A stretch of 63,976 bases of DNA, filler included, from Octopus bimaculoides (lineage: Eukaryota): assembly GCF_001194135.2 (NCBI RefSeq). It is 6 parts of 6 records of this genome, joined end to end, with 100 filler letters (N's around TTAATTAATTAA, not from the genome) between each part and the next. Parts side by side here need not be neighbours in the genome. Positions count along the whole stretch, not along the records: positions 21,693 to 53,238 come from NC_068982.1; positions 53,339 to 55,332 come from NW_026327469.1; positions 55,433 to 59,176 come from NW_026318505.1; positions 59,277 to 60,868 come from NW_026381450.1; positions 60,969 to 63,976 come from NC_069003.1; 1 more part is not named here. The stretch is one strand, 5' to 3'. Below, one piece after another: positions 52,969-63,976 of the stretch. Below the pieces are notes generated by a model that was given only the letters and a program-made list of their open reading frames with translations, did no database searches and had not been told where the DNA came from. Made by a program: the position numbers and the translations under genes. Position 1 is the stretch's first letter. Every line of letters starts with the position of its first letter.

Positions 52969-53238
52969 ATGGACACCCTAGATGTTATAATCGAAAACCA
53001 TTGTGGAAAGGCTGATAAGGATGGAGAGGAGGAAAAGGAAAAGGAAAAGGAAAAAACACCCGGAAGTCTCTCTGACCCAGTGGCTCCTCAAAAGAATGGA
53101 TCACCCACACCTATGAACAACCAGGCAGAAAAGGATAGTGGAGCCAAGGAAGCAGCAAATAGAAGCCCCTCTGTGCCAGTGGTCCTACAAAGGAAAGGAG
53201 CCCTCACCCCAATAGATAACCAGTGGAAAATAGTACCC
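52969..53238 (+). mobile_element. Probable LINE ORF1 low-complexity fragment, cut by a gap
   Basis: Open frame MDTLD...EEEKEKEKEK...QWKIVP, composition typical of ORF1 tails; no diagnostic domain. Confidence 0.35.
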
Positions 53239-53559
53239 NNNNNNNNNNNNNNNNNNNNNNNNNNNNNNNNNNNNNNNNNNNNTTAATTAATTAANNNNNN
53301 NNNNNNNNNNNNNNNNNNNNNNNNNNNNNNNNNNNNNNGGTTGTAAATAGGCAACATATAACAGGATGGTCACAGTTGGATTGCCTTCCATAAAAGGAAT
53401 CATCAACCAGGTCTGAGCTGAGCGCCCAAACAGTAGCAAGAACTTTGAACATGAACATATAACTGAATCTCTGTGTGGTAGTTTGATTGGCTGGAAATAG
53501 CAGCCGAATCTCCCTCAAATCACAGCTTGCCCCATTGATAAGCGACAAACAAAAAACAC

Positions 53560-53760
53560 GGAGTAAGATGGAGTGAGTGTTATGCAAGACATGTTACAGT
53601 GTGTTTGACAGGAGCTGCACTATCAACTTGACGTGTGCCATGACCACAGGCAGTGCACATATTGAAGATTTGTGACGTGTGTCGTGTCACAGGTGGTGTA
53701 CACATGGAACATCTGTGACGTGTGTTATGTCACAAGCGGTGCGCATATTGAACACACTCG
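53560..53760 (+). mobile_element. Tc1/mariner transposase C-terminus with its last ~43 bp triplicated
   Basis: DMLQCV*QELHYQLDVC..GSAHIEDL*, then two more VC.VT.G.H.EH units. Confidence 0.65.
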
Positions 53761-54849
53761 TCAAGCTTTGTGAAATCGGTCATAAAACTTACATCGCTCC
53801 GAATCTTCTTCGAATTTTGGTAAATAAATCTCTTATTTACATTATTTACATTTGACGGATATTNNNNNNNNNNNNNNNNNNNNNNNNNNNNNNNNNNNNN
53901 NNNNNNNNNNNNNNNNNNNNNNNNNNNNNNNNNNNNNNNNNNNNNNNNNNNNNNNNNNNNNNNNNNNNNNNNNNNNNNNNNNNNNNNNNNNNNNNNNNNN
54001 NNNNNNNNNNNNNNNNNNNNNNNNNNNNNNNNNNNNNNNNNNNNNNNNNNNNNNNNNNNNNNNNNNNNNNNNNNNNNNNNNNNNNNNNNNNNNNNNNNNN
54101 NNNNNNNNNNNNNNNNNNNNNNNNNNNNNNNNNNNNNNNNNNNNNNNNNNNNNNNNNNNNNNNNNNNNNNNNNNNNNNNNNNNNNNNNNNNNNNNNNNNN
54201 NNNNNNNNNNNNNNNNNNNNNNNNNNNNNNNNNNNNNNNNNNNNNNNNNNNNNNNNNNNNNNNNNNNNNNNNNNNNNNNNNNNNNNNNNNNNNNNNNNNN
54301 NNNNNNNNNNNNNNNNNNNNNNNNNNNNNNNNNNNNNNNNNNNNNNNNNNNNNNNNNNNNNNNNNNNNNNNNNNNNNNNNNNNNNNNNNNNNNNNNNNNN
54401 NNNNNNNNNNNNNNNNNNNNNNNNNNNNNNNNNNNNNNNNNNNNNNNNNNNNNNNNNNNNNNNNNNNNNNNNNNNNNNNNNNNNNNNNNNNNNNNNNNNN
54501 NNNNNNNNNNNNNNNNNNNNNNNNNNNNNNNNNNNNNNNNNNNNNNNNNNNNNNNNNNNNNNNNNNNNNNNNNNNNNNNNNNNNNNNNNNNNNNNNNNNN
54601 NNNNNNNNNNNNNNNNNNNNNNNNNNNNNNNNNNNNNNNNNNNNNNNNNNNNNNNNNNNNNNNNNNNNNNNNNNNNNNNNNNNNNNNNNNNNNNNNNNNN
54701 NNNNNNNNNNNNNNNNNNNNNNNNNNNNNNNNNNNNNNNNNNNNNNNNNNNNNNNNNNNNNNNNNNNNNNNNNNNNNNNNNNNNNNNNNNNNNNNCAAAC
54801 ACAGACAAACATACACAGACATACATATATATATGTATATATACATATA

Positions 54850-55017
54850 TACGACAGGCTTCTTTCAGTTTCCGTCTACCAAATCCACTCACAAGGCTTT
54901 GGTCGGCCCGAGGCTATAGTAGAAGACACTTGCCCAAGGTGCCACGTAGTGGGAATGAACCCAGAACCATGTGGTTGGTAAGCAAGCTACTTACCACACA
55001 GCCGCTCCTATGCCTAT
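54850..55017 (-). mobile_element. SINE family A, 5' half
   Basis: Near-consensus head and core. Confidence 0.9.
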
Positions 55018-55432
55018 AGTCGCGGAACTTTATAAAATACAACAAGGTAAAGACCACCCCCCTTTGGTCATGAATGACCATGGGATTGCACCTAGGAAGT
55101 TCTCCTCTGAGGCACGAGTCTAACAGTCTACCTGTCTATTTGTATATGTGTGTGCATGTACATGGATTGATGCATGTGTGTATGGATGGATGGATAGACA
55201 GGTGGCTATGCCGTGCAATAAATGCACACGTATATATCTAACTATCCATGCAAAAACACACACACACACACACACATTGACCTCTCACCCCAAACACCAT
55301 CTACTCAACCAAGTGACTCATGACTTACTACANNNNNNNNNNNNNNNNNNNNNNNNNNNNNNNNNNNNNNNNNNNNTTAATTAATTAANNNNNNNNNNNN
55401 NNNNNNNNNNNNNNNNNNNNNNNNNNNNNNNN

Positions 55433-58400
55433 TAATTCTTTCGTTCGTTCGTTCGTGTTTACGTACGTATGTACGTTCGTTTGTTCTTTCTTTCGTTCGT
55501 ATTTAAGTACGTATGTACGTTCGTTTGTTCTTTCTTTCGTTCGTACGCACGTTCGTTCATTCGTTCTTTCGTACGTACATTCGTCCGGTCAATCTTTCGT
55601 TCGTTCTTACGTACGTACGTACCTTCGTTCGTTCATTCGTTCGTACGTAGGTTCGTTTGTTCATTCGTTGGTTCATTCTTTCGTTAGTTGTTTCGTTCTT
55701 TCGTTAGATCGTTCGTTCGATCGATTGTTCGTTTGTACATCCGTACGTCCGTACGTTCGTTCTTTACTTCGATCTTTCGGAAGTTCGTTCTTTCGTTCAT
55801 TCGTACGTACNNNNNNNNNNNNNNNNNNNNNNNNNNNNNNNNNNNNNNNNNNNNNNNNNNNNNNNNNNNNNNNNNNNNNNNNNNNNNNNNNNNNNNNNNN
55901 NNNNNNNNNNNNNNNNNNNNNNNNNNNNNNNNNNNNNNNNNNNNNNNNNNNNNNNNNNNNNNNNNNNNNNNNNNNNNNNNNNNNNNNNNNNNNNNNNNNN
56001 NNNNNNNNNNNNNNNNNNNNNNNNNNNNNNNNNNNNNNNNNNNNNNNNNNNNNNNNNNNNNNNNNNNNNNNNNNNNNNNNNNNNNNNNNNNNNNNNNNNN
56101 NNNNNNNNNNNNNNNNNNNNNNNNNNNNNNNNNNNNNNNNNNNNNNNNNNNNNNNNNNNNNNNNNNNNNNNNNNNNNNNNNNNNNNNNNNNNNNNNNNNN
56201 NNNNNNNNNNNNNNNNNNNNNNNNNNNNNNNNNNNNNNNNNNNNNNNNNNNNNNNNNNNNNNNNNNNNNNNNNNNNNNNNNNNNNNNNNNNNNNNNNNNN
56301 NNNNNNNNNNNNNNNNNNNNNNNNNNNNNNNNNNNNNNNNNNNNNNNNNNNNNNNNNNNNNNNNNNNNNNNNNNNNNNNNNNNNNNNNNNNNNNNNNNNN
56401 NNNNNNNNNNNNNNNNNNNNNNNNNNNNNNNNNNNNNNNNNNNNNNNNNNNNNNNNNNNNNNNNNNNNNNNAGTTCGTAGGTACGCATGTACGTACGTAC
56501 ACACGTTGGTCCGCAGGTACGTACGTAAGTACGCACGTCGTAGGTACGTATGTTCGTTCCTTCGTACGTAAGTACGTATGTACGTAACTTCGTTAGTTCT
56601 TTCGTTCTTTCATTAGTTCGTTCGTTCGTACTACGTTCGTTTGTTCGATCGTTCGTTTGTACGTCCGTACGATTGTTCGTGCGTACGTATGTTCGTTCTT
56701 TCGTTCGTTCCTTCGATCGTTCGTTCGTACGTATTTACGACCGTATGTACGTTCGTTTTTTCTTTATTTCGTTCTTTAGTTCGTTTGTTCTTTCTTTCGT
56801 TTGTGCGCACGTACGTTCGTTCGTACATACATACGTACTTTCATTCGTTCAATCTTTCGTTCGTCCGTCCGTACGTACGTACGTACTGAGGTACGTACTT
56901 ACGTACGATCTTTCGTTCGTTCGTACCTACGTTCATTCGTTCGTACTTACGTTCGTTCGTACGTACGTTTGTTCGTTCGAACGTTCGTTTGTACGTCCTT
57001 ACGTACATACGTAGGTACGATTGTTCGTGCGTACGTACGTACGTACGTTCGTTCTTTCGTTCGTTCCTTCGTTAGTTCGTTTGTTTGTTCACTCGTACGT
57101 ATATACGTATTTTCGTTCGTTCTACCTGTCGTTCGTTCGTTTTTACGTCCGTACGTACATACGTACTTTCGTTCGTTCGGGCGTTCGTACGTACGTAAGT
57201 ATCTTCGTTAGTCCTTTCGTTGTTTCGTTCGTTCCTTCGATCGTTCGTTCATTTGTACATACGTACGTACGTACGCACGTTCATTCATTCGTCCGTTCGT
57301 TTGTACGTACGTTTGTTCATTAATTCTTTCGTACGATCGTTCATTCGTTCGCACCTACTTATCTACGTACGTACGTTCGTTCGTTAGTTCGTATGTACGC
57401 ATGTACGTACGTACAGACGTTGGTACGGGGGTACGTACGTACGTACGTTCGTTCGGGTTTTCTTACGTACTTACGTATGTACGTACCTTAGTTAGTTCTT
57501 TCGTTTTTTCGTTAGATCGTTCGTTCGTACGTATGTTATTTCGTTCGATCGTTCGTTTGTACGTCCGTACTTACATACGCACGTACGATTGTTCGTGCGT
57601 ACGTACGTACGTACATTCGTTCTTTCGTTCGTTCCTTCGCTCGTTCGTTCCTTATACGTTTGTTCGTTAATTCCTTCGTTCGATCGTTCGTTCGTTCGTT
57701 CGTACGTATTTTCGTTCGTTCTTTCGTTCTTTCCTTCGATCGTTCGGCCGTTCCTTCGATGGTTCATTCGTACATACGTACGTACGTACGTTCGTTCGGG
57801 TTTTCTTACGTACTTACGTATGTACGTACCTTAGTTAGTTCTTTCGTTTTTTCGTTAGATCGTTCGTTCGTACGTATGTTATTTCGTTCGATCGTTCGTT
57901 TGTACGTCCGTACTTACATACGCACGTACGATTGTTCGTGCGTACGTACGTACGTACATTCGNNNNNNNNNNNNNNNNNNNNNNNNNNNNNNNNNNNNNN
58001 NNNNNNNNNNNNNNNNNNNNNNNNNNNNNNNNNNNNNNNNNNNNNNNNNNNNNNNNNNNNNNNNNNNNNNNNNNNNNNNNNNNNNNNNNNNNNNNNNNNN
58101 NNNNNNNNNNNNNNNNNNNNNNNNNNNNNNNNNNNNNNNNNNNNNNNNNNNNNNNNNNNNNNNNNNNNNNNNNNNNNNNNNNNNNNNNNNNNNNNNNNNN
58201 NNNNNNNNNNNNNNNNNNNNNNNNNNNNNNNNNNNNNNNNNNNNNNNNNNNNNNNNNNNNNNNNNNNNNNNNNNNNNNNNNNNNNNNNNNNNNNNNNNNN
58301 NNNNNNNNNNNNNNNNNNNNNNNNNNNNNNNNNNNNNNNNNNNNNNNNNNNNNNNNNNNNNNNNNNNNNNNNNNNNNNNNNNNNNNNNNNNNNNNNNNNN

Positions 58401-59176
58401 NNNNNNNNNNNNNNNNNNNNNNNNNNNNNNNNNNNNNNNNNNNNNNNNNNNNNNNNNNNNNNNNNNNNNNNNNNNNNNNNNNNNNNNNNNNNNNNNNNNN
58501 NNNNNNNNNNNNNNNNNNNNNNNNNNNNNNNNNNNNNNNNNNNNNNNNNNNNNNNNNNNNNNNNNNNNNNNNNNNNNNNNNNNNNNNNNNNNNNNNNNNN
58601 NNNNNNNNNNNNNNNNNNNNNNNNNNNNNNNNNNNNNNNNNNNNNACGAACGAACAAACGACCGAACGATCGAAAGAAAGTAAGTACGTACGTACGTACG
58701 AACAAACGAAAGGTTGAACGAACGAAAGAACGTATGTACGTACGAACGAACGAACGAACGAACGTACGTGCGTATGAACGAAAGAAAGAAAACCGAACTA
58801 AAGAATGAAATAAAGAAAAAACGAACGTACATACGTACGTAAACACGCACGAACGTACAAACGAACGGTTGAACAGAACGAACGTACGCACGATCGAACG
58901 AACGAACAAAAAAACGAAAGAACCAACGTAGGTACGTAAATAAGTACGCAAGACGTGCGTACGTACGACGTTCGTACGTACGTACCTGCGTACCAACGTG
59001 TGTACGTACTTACATGCGTACGTAGGAACTAACGAACGAATGTACGTACGTAGATAAGTACATACGAACGAACGATCTTACGTAAGTACGTACCTAAGTA
59101 CGTACGCACGAATGAACGATCTTCCGTAAGTACGTACCTAAGTACGTACGCACGAATGAACGAACAAACGTACATA
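55433..59176. repeat. Complex (TTCG/TACG)n satellite with higher-order ~340-bp duplications
   Basis: 57434-57620 duplicated at 57776-57962; orientation inverted after the gap ending at 58645. Confidence 0.9.
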
Positions 59177-59276
59177 NNNNNNNNNNNNNNNNNNNNNNNN
59201 NNNNNNNNNNNNNNNNNNNNTTAATTAATTAANNNNNNNNNNNNNNNNNNNNNNNNNNNNNNNNNNNNNNNNNNNN

Positions 59277-60868
59277 ACGGAAACCGAACGGACGAACGTA
59301 CGTTCGAATTCCGCTCGAACGGCGCAGAGGGAAGCCGAACGGATGCACGTATGTTCGAATTCCGCTCGAACGGTACAGAGGGACGCCGAACAGACATACG
59401 TAGTTCCAATTCCGCTCGAACGGCTCCAAGGCAGGACGAACGGACGCATGTACGTAAGAATTCCGCTCGAACGGTGCAGAGGGAGCCCGAAGGTACGCAC
59501 GTACGTTCGAATTCCTCTCGGACGGTGCAGAGGAAACCGAACGGACGAACGTACGTTCAAATTCCGCTAGAACGGCGCAGAGGGAGGCCGAACGGATCAC
59601 ATACGTTCGAATTCCGCTCGAACAGTGCAGTGGGAAGCCGAACGGACGCACGTACTTTCGAATACCGCTCGAACGGTGCAGAGGGAGGCCGAACGGACGC
59701 ACTTACGTTCGAATTCCGCTCGAGCGGTGCAGCGGGAGTCTGAACGGACTCATGAACATTCGAATTCCTCTCGAACGGTGAAGAGGGAGGCCGAACGGAC
59801 GCACGTGCGTTCGAATTCCTCTCGAACCGTGCAGACGGAGGCCGAACGGACGCACGTACTTTCAAATACCGCTCGAACCGTGTAGAGGGAGGCTGAAAGG
59901 ACGCACGTACACTCGAATTGCGCTCGAGCGGTGCAGAGGGAGGCCGAACGGACGCACGTACGTTCGAATTCCGCTCGAACGGTTAAGACGGAGGCCGTAC
60001 GTACGCACGTACCATCGAATTCCGCTCGAACTTTGCACAGTGAGGCCGAACGGACGCACGTACGTTCGAATTCCGTTCGCACGGTGCAGAGGGAGGCCGA
60101 ATGGACGCATGTACGTTCGATTTGCGCTCGAACGGTGCAGAGGGAGGCCAAACGGACGCACGTACGATCGAATTCTGTCAAACGGTGCAGAGGGAGGCCG
60201 AACGGACGCACGTACATTCGAATTTCGTTCGAACGGTGCAGATGGAGGCCGAACGTACACACGTCCGTTCGAATTGCGCTCGAACAGTGCAGAGAAAGGC
60301 CGAACGATAACGTACGTTCGAATTCCGCTCGAACGGTTTAGAGGAAAGCCGAACGAACGCACGTACGTTCGATTTCCTCTCGAACCGTGCAGAGGAGGCC
60401 GAAAGGACGCACGTAAGCTCGAATTCCGCGCAAACGGTGCAGAAGGAGGTCGAACGGACGCACGTAAGTACGAATTCGCTCGAACGGTGCAGAGAGATGA
60501 CGAACGGACGCACGAACGTTCGAATTACACTCGAACGGTGCAGCGGGAGGCCGAACGGATGCACGTACGATCGAATTCTGCTCGAACGTTGCAGACGAAA
60601 GCCGAACGGACGCAAGTACGTTCGAGTTCCGCTCGCACGGTAAAGAGGGAGGCCGAACGGACGCATGTACTTTCGATTTGCGCTCGAACGGTGCAGAGTG
60701 AGGCCAAACGGACGCACGTACGATCGAATTCTGCTCGAACGGTGCAGAGGAAGGCCGAACGGACGTACGTACGTTCGTATTGCGCTCGAACGGAGCAGAG
60801 GAACGCCGAACGGACGCACGAACGTTTGAATTCCAGTCGAACTGTGCAGAGAGAGGCCGAACGGACGC
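59277..60868. repeat. 51-bp CpG-rich minisatellite, ~31 copies
   Basis: Consensus gaattccgctcgaacggtgcagagggaggccgaacggacgcacgtacgttc; period confirmed at 59941/59992. Confidence 0.95.
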
Positions 60869-60968
60869 NNNNNNNNNNNNNNNNNNNNNNNNNNNNNNNN
60901 NNNNNNNNNNNNTTAATTAATTAANNNNNNNNNNNNNNNNNNNNNNNNNNNNNNNNNNNNNNNNNNNN

Positions 60969-61353
60969 ATTGTTGTTGTTGGTACTCCGTCGCTTACGAC
61001 GTTGAGGGTTCCAGTTGATCCGATCAACGGAACAGCCTGCTCGTGAAATTAACGTGCAAGTGGCTGAGCACTCCACAGACATGTGTACCCTTAATGTAGT
61101 TCTCGGGGATATTCAGCATGACACAGTGTGACAAGGCTGACCCTTTGAATTACAGGCACAACAGAAACAGGAAGTGAGAGAAAGCTGTGGCGAAAGAGTA
61201 CAGTAGGGTTCACCACCATCCCCTGCTGGAGCCTCGTGGAGCTTTTAAGTGTTTTCGCTCTATAAACACTCACAATGCCCGATCTGGGAATTGAAACCGC
61301 GATCCTCTGACCGCAAGTCCGCTGCCCTAACCACTGGGCCATTGCGCCTCCAC
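60969..61353 (-). mobile_element. tRNA-derived SINE family C (OK-like), full length
   Basis: Minus head gtggaggcgcaatggcccagtggttagggcagcggac...ggtttcaattccc (A and B boxes); (aac)n tail. Confidence 0.9.
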
Positions 61354-61468
61354 ATACATACATACATACATACATACATACATACATACATACATACATA
61401 CATACATACATACATANNNNNNNNNNNNNNNNNNNNNNNNNNNNNNNNNNNNNNNNNNNNNNNNNNNN

Positions 61469-61530
61469 CAAATCGTCCAACCCATGCTAGCATGGAAAGC
61501 GGACGTTAAACGATGATGATGATGATGATG
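61469..61530 (+). mobile_element. 3' end of an RTE-tailed SINE (family E)
   Basis: ccaacccatgctagcatggaaagcggacgttaaac(gat)n; reverse complement of 63767-63830. Confidence 0.8.
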
Positions 61531-61974
61531 ATATATATATATATATATACATATACCCTCTGTCACTTTAGTGACATCGATAAATCTGCCTTTAGGTTGT
61601 TAAATTGCTAATAAACCACCCATATTATTTATAGTTTTCACTTCTACAGCTTTTCAAATATGTGCATGAGTTCAATGGTTTTCTTATAAGCTGACAAGGT
61701 GAGTTGAGTTTAAACCTAGGCACGGTAAGAGCCATTGATGAGAATTAAGATGCTCTTCATCAAAATTCGGAATCACCAGTGAGCTTGTCTCACTTGTAAG
61801 TTATTAAGATAGTGCTCTTGTGGCTAATGAGTCAGTTTGACTCTTATTTCTAGCAATGCCGGTACTACTTAGTACTCTGTCACTTTATTGACATGTAGAA
61901 ATTTGCCATTAGGTTGTTAAATTGCTAATAAGCCACCCATATTATTTATATATATATATTCTTTTATTTTTTGT

Positions 61975-62372
61975 ATTCTTTTATTTGTTTAAGTCATTTG
62001 ACTGTGGCAATGCTGGAGCACCACCTTTAGCTGAGCAAATCTTATTCTTTGTAACCTTAGTACTTATTCTATCGGTCACTTTTGCCAAATCGCTAAGTTG
62101 TGGGGATATAAACACACCGACATCAGTTGTCAAGCGATGGTGATGGGGACAAACACAGACACAAACAAAAACACACACACACACACATACACACACACAC
62201 ACACACACATGACGGGCTTCTTTCAGTTTCCGTCTATCAAATCCACTCACAAGGCTTTGGTCGGCCTGAGGCTATAGTAGAAGACACTTGCCCAAAGTGC
62301 TATGCAGTGGGACTGAACCTGGAACAATGTAGTTGGGAAGCAAATTTCATACCACATAGCCACTCCTGCACC
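61975..62372 (-). mobile_element. SINE family A, full length
   Basis: Head at 62372, core, (CA)n and 3' module. Confidence 0.9.
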
Positions 62373-62388
62373 TACAAAAGTGTGAGAT

Positions 62389-62506
62389 GCTTACAACACC
62401 TAGGTTTCCCAAGCAGTCACCTATCTAAGTACTCACTAGGCTCGACATTGCTTCAATTTGGTGATTGGATGAGAACCAGTGAATTCAGTGTGATATGGCC
62501 ATAAGC
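62389..62506 (-). pseudogene. 5S rRNA pseudogene
   Basis: Minus strand gcttatggccatatcacactgaattcactggttctcatccaatcaccaaattgaagcaatgtcgagcctagtgagtacttagataggtgactgcttgggaaacctaggtgttgtaagc is colinear with metazoan 5S (118 nt), with many CpG-to-TpG/CpA changes. Confidence 0.85.
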
Positions 62507-62529
62507 TATATATACATAATTTACATATA

Positions 62530-62800
62530 TGTGGTCTGATCAATAAATATCCGGACTGTTGCCATAACAACGAAGCTAAAGCATGCAAAGTGAAGCTGCT
62601 TGGCACAGACAGACCTTGAACTCTGCTGCACATGTACACTAAATTTTAGCTCATTGCCACTGCTTACAGCAGTGCTTGGAAGTAATGTGTGTAGCATGTG
62701 ATTGTTGCATTTACCATGACAGAAAAATTTGAGCGGAGAATTTGCATCAAATTCTGCCAAAAGCTTGATGATACCTGCTCAGAAGCCTACACAAAGTTTT
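62530..62800 (+). mobile_element. Mariner element left end and transposase N-terminus
   Basis: TA|tgtggtctgatcaataaatatccggact TIR-like start; MTEKFERRICIKFCQKL at 62716. Confidence 0.75.
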
Positions 62801-63766
62801 CAACAAGTTTTCATCATTCTCGATACAATCAAGGAGATCTTATGCAACTGAAACCTGAATGTGAGAGGTCAGCAGCAAGTCAGCAGCAGGTGTGTGAATG
62901 GGTGAGTGTGGCTCTGTGTGTGAGTTTGTATGTGTGCATAGTGGAAAAGTGTGAATGTGAGTGTGTGTATGTGCATATGGGTGCATTTGTGGATCTCTCT
63001 GTGTATCACTCTCTTTCTCTCTATATATGTGTATGTGTGTGCATGTAGATATGTATGTGTGTCTCTGTGTATGTGAGTGCGTGCATTGTGTGTGGGGGTA
63101 TATGTGTGTGTGTGTGTATACATGCGTGTATGCATGTCTGTGGGTGCGTTGGTAGCCAAGTGTGTGGGTTTTGTGTGCATATGTGCATGTATGGGAGTGT
63201 ATATATGTGTGTGTGTAGGAGTGGTCGTACATGTGTGTGTACGTTTGTGGAAGTATACATATGTGTGCGTGTGTGTCTACTATGAGTATGAGTATGTGTA
63301 AGATTTTTCAAAAAGGTTTAGCCATAGATCAATTGTTTCTCGTTCAGGGATATAACTTCCTTTACTGTCATCAGTATGACATAATGGAATGTACATAATT
63401 ATAAACATTAATACTTGATAAAATCCTATATGGATTTTATCCTAGATTATAATAAAAATAAATATAAATTCACTTAAATCAATTTATTCGATGCTGAATT
63501 ATTTTGGTTATTCACACGTGACTGAGATAAGCGATCTAGATTTAAACTGTGAATATATACGCAAGAACATTTTTAGATGCACTGGGGATACATTTGTGTT
63601 CAGATGGTATTCTTTTATTCTTTTATTCTTTTATTCTTTTACTTGCTTCAGTCATTTGACTGTGGCCATGCTGGAGCATATATTCTCCAGTGTTCTGAAT
63701 TTTCTACACAAGTGGATAAGTCAACTGTTGTGGACAATCAATGCTTGATGATGGTATCATCATCAT

Positions 63767-63976
63767 CATCATCATCATCGTTTAACGTCCGCTTTCCATG
63801 CTAGCATGGGTTGGACGATTTGACTGAGGACTGGTGAAACCGGATGGCAACACCAGGCTCCAATCTAATTTGGCAGAGTTTCTACAGCTGGATGCCCTTC
63901 CTAACGCCAACCACTCAGAGAGTGTAGTGGGTGCTTTTACGTGTCACCCGCACGAAAACGGCCACGCTCGAAATGG
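63767..63976 (-). mobile_element. RTE-tailed SINE (family E), 3' part
   Basis: Minus strand ggttggcgttaggaagggcatccagc central domain and (gat)n tail. Confidence 0.8.

Noticed and set aside
55455-58996. RSFV/RTYV repeat ORFs
   Set aside because: Translations of the TTCG/TACG satellite.
59277-60868. CRISPR-like array or repetitive protein
   Set aside because: Units are contiguous with no unique spacers, the context is eukaryotic with no cas genes, and the ORFs shift frame.
60969-61353. Possible tRNA genes at SINE heads
   Set aside because: The heads lack an intact cloverleaf and run into SINE bodies; they are tRNA-derived SINEs.

Overview
AT-rich eukaryotic draft-scaffold window: about 7 kb (~11%) is N, and five 100-bp gaps carry an artificial TTAATTAATTAA linker. 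The repeat content fits a coleoid cephalopod (Octopus-like); this is inferred from remembered SINE families, not from a search. There are no prokaryotic features or CRISPR arrays, and most ORFs in the supplied track are microsatellite or gap artefacts. The window is dominated by decayed mobile elements: tRNA-derived SINEs, R4/Dong-type, CR1-group and Tx1/L1-type LINEs, a Gypsy pol remnant with its 3' LTR, a Helitron helicase, Tc1/mariner relics, a hAT MITE and Penelope-like termini. It also holds a 5S rRNA pseudogene and several satellites. The strongest host-gene signal is two homologous, symmetric phase-1 exons on the minus strand (40188-40310 and 23486-23611), both with canonical splice sites. 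Each encodes the same small 4-Cys module, GC-x5-CY-x2-G-x8-C-x4-C-x7-[YF]-x1/2-W, which I cannot assign to a named family. A ~15 kb-period segmental duplication nearby suggests tandem expansion of this locus. Also notable: two minimal hammerhead-like motifs sharing an A6U core variant, a 150-bp-arm foldback and CpG-rich satellites. All coordinates and identities were read by eye.
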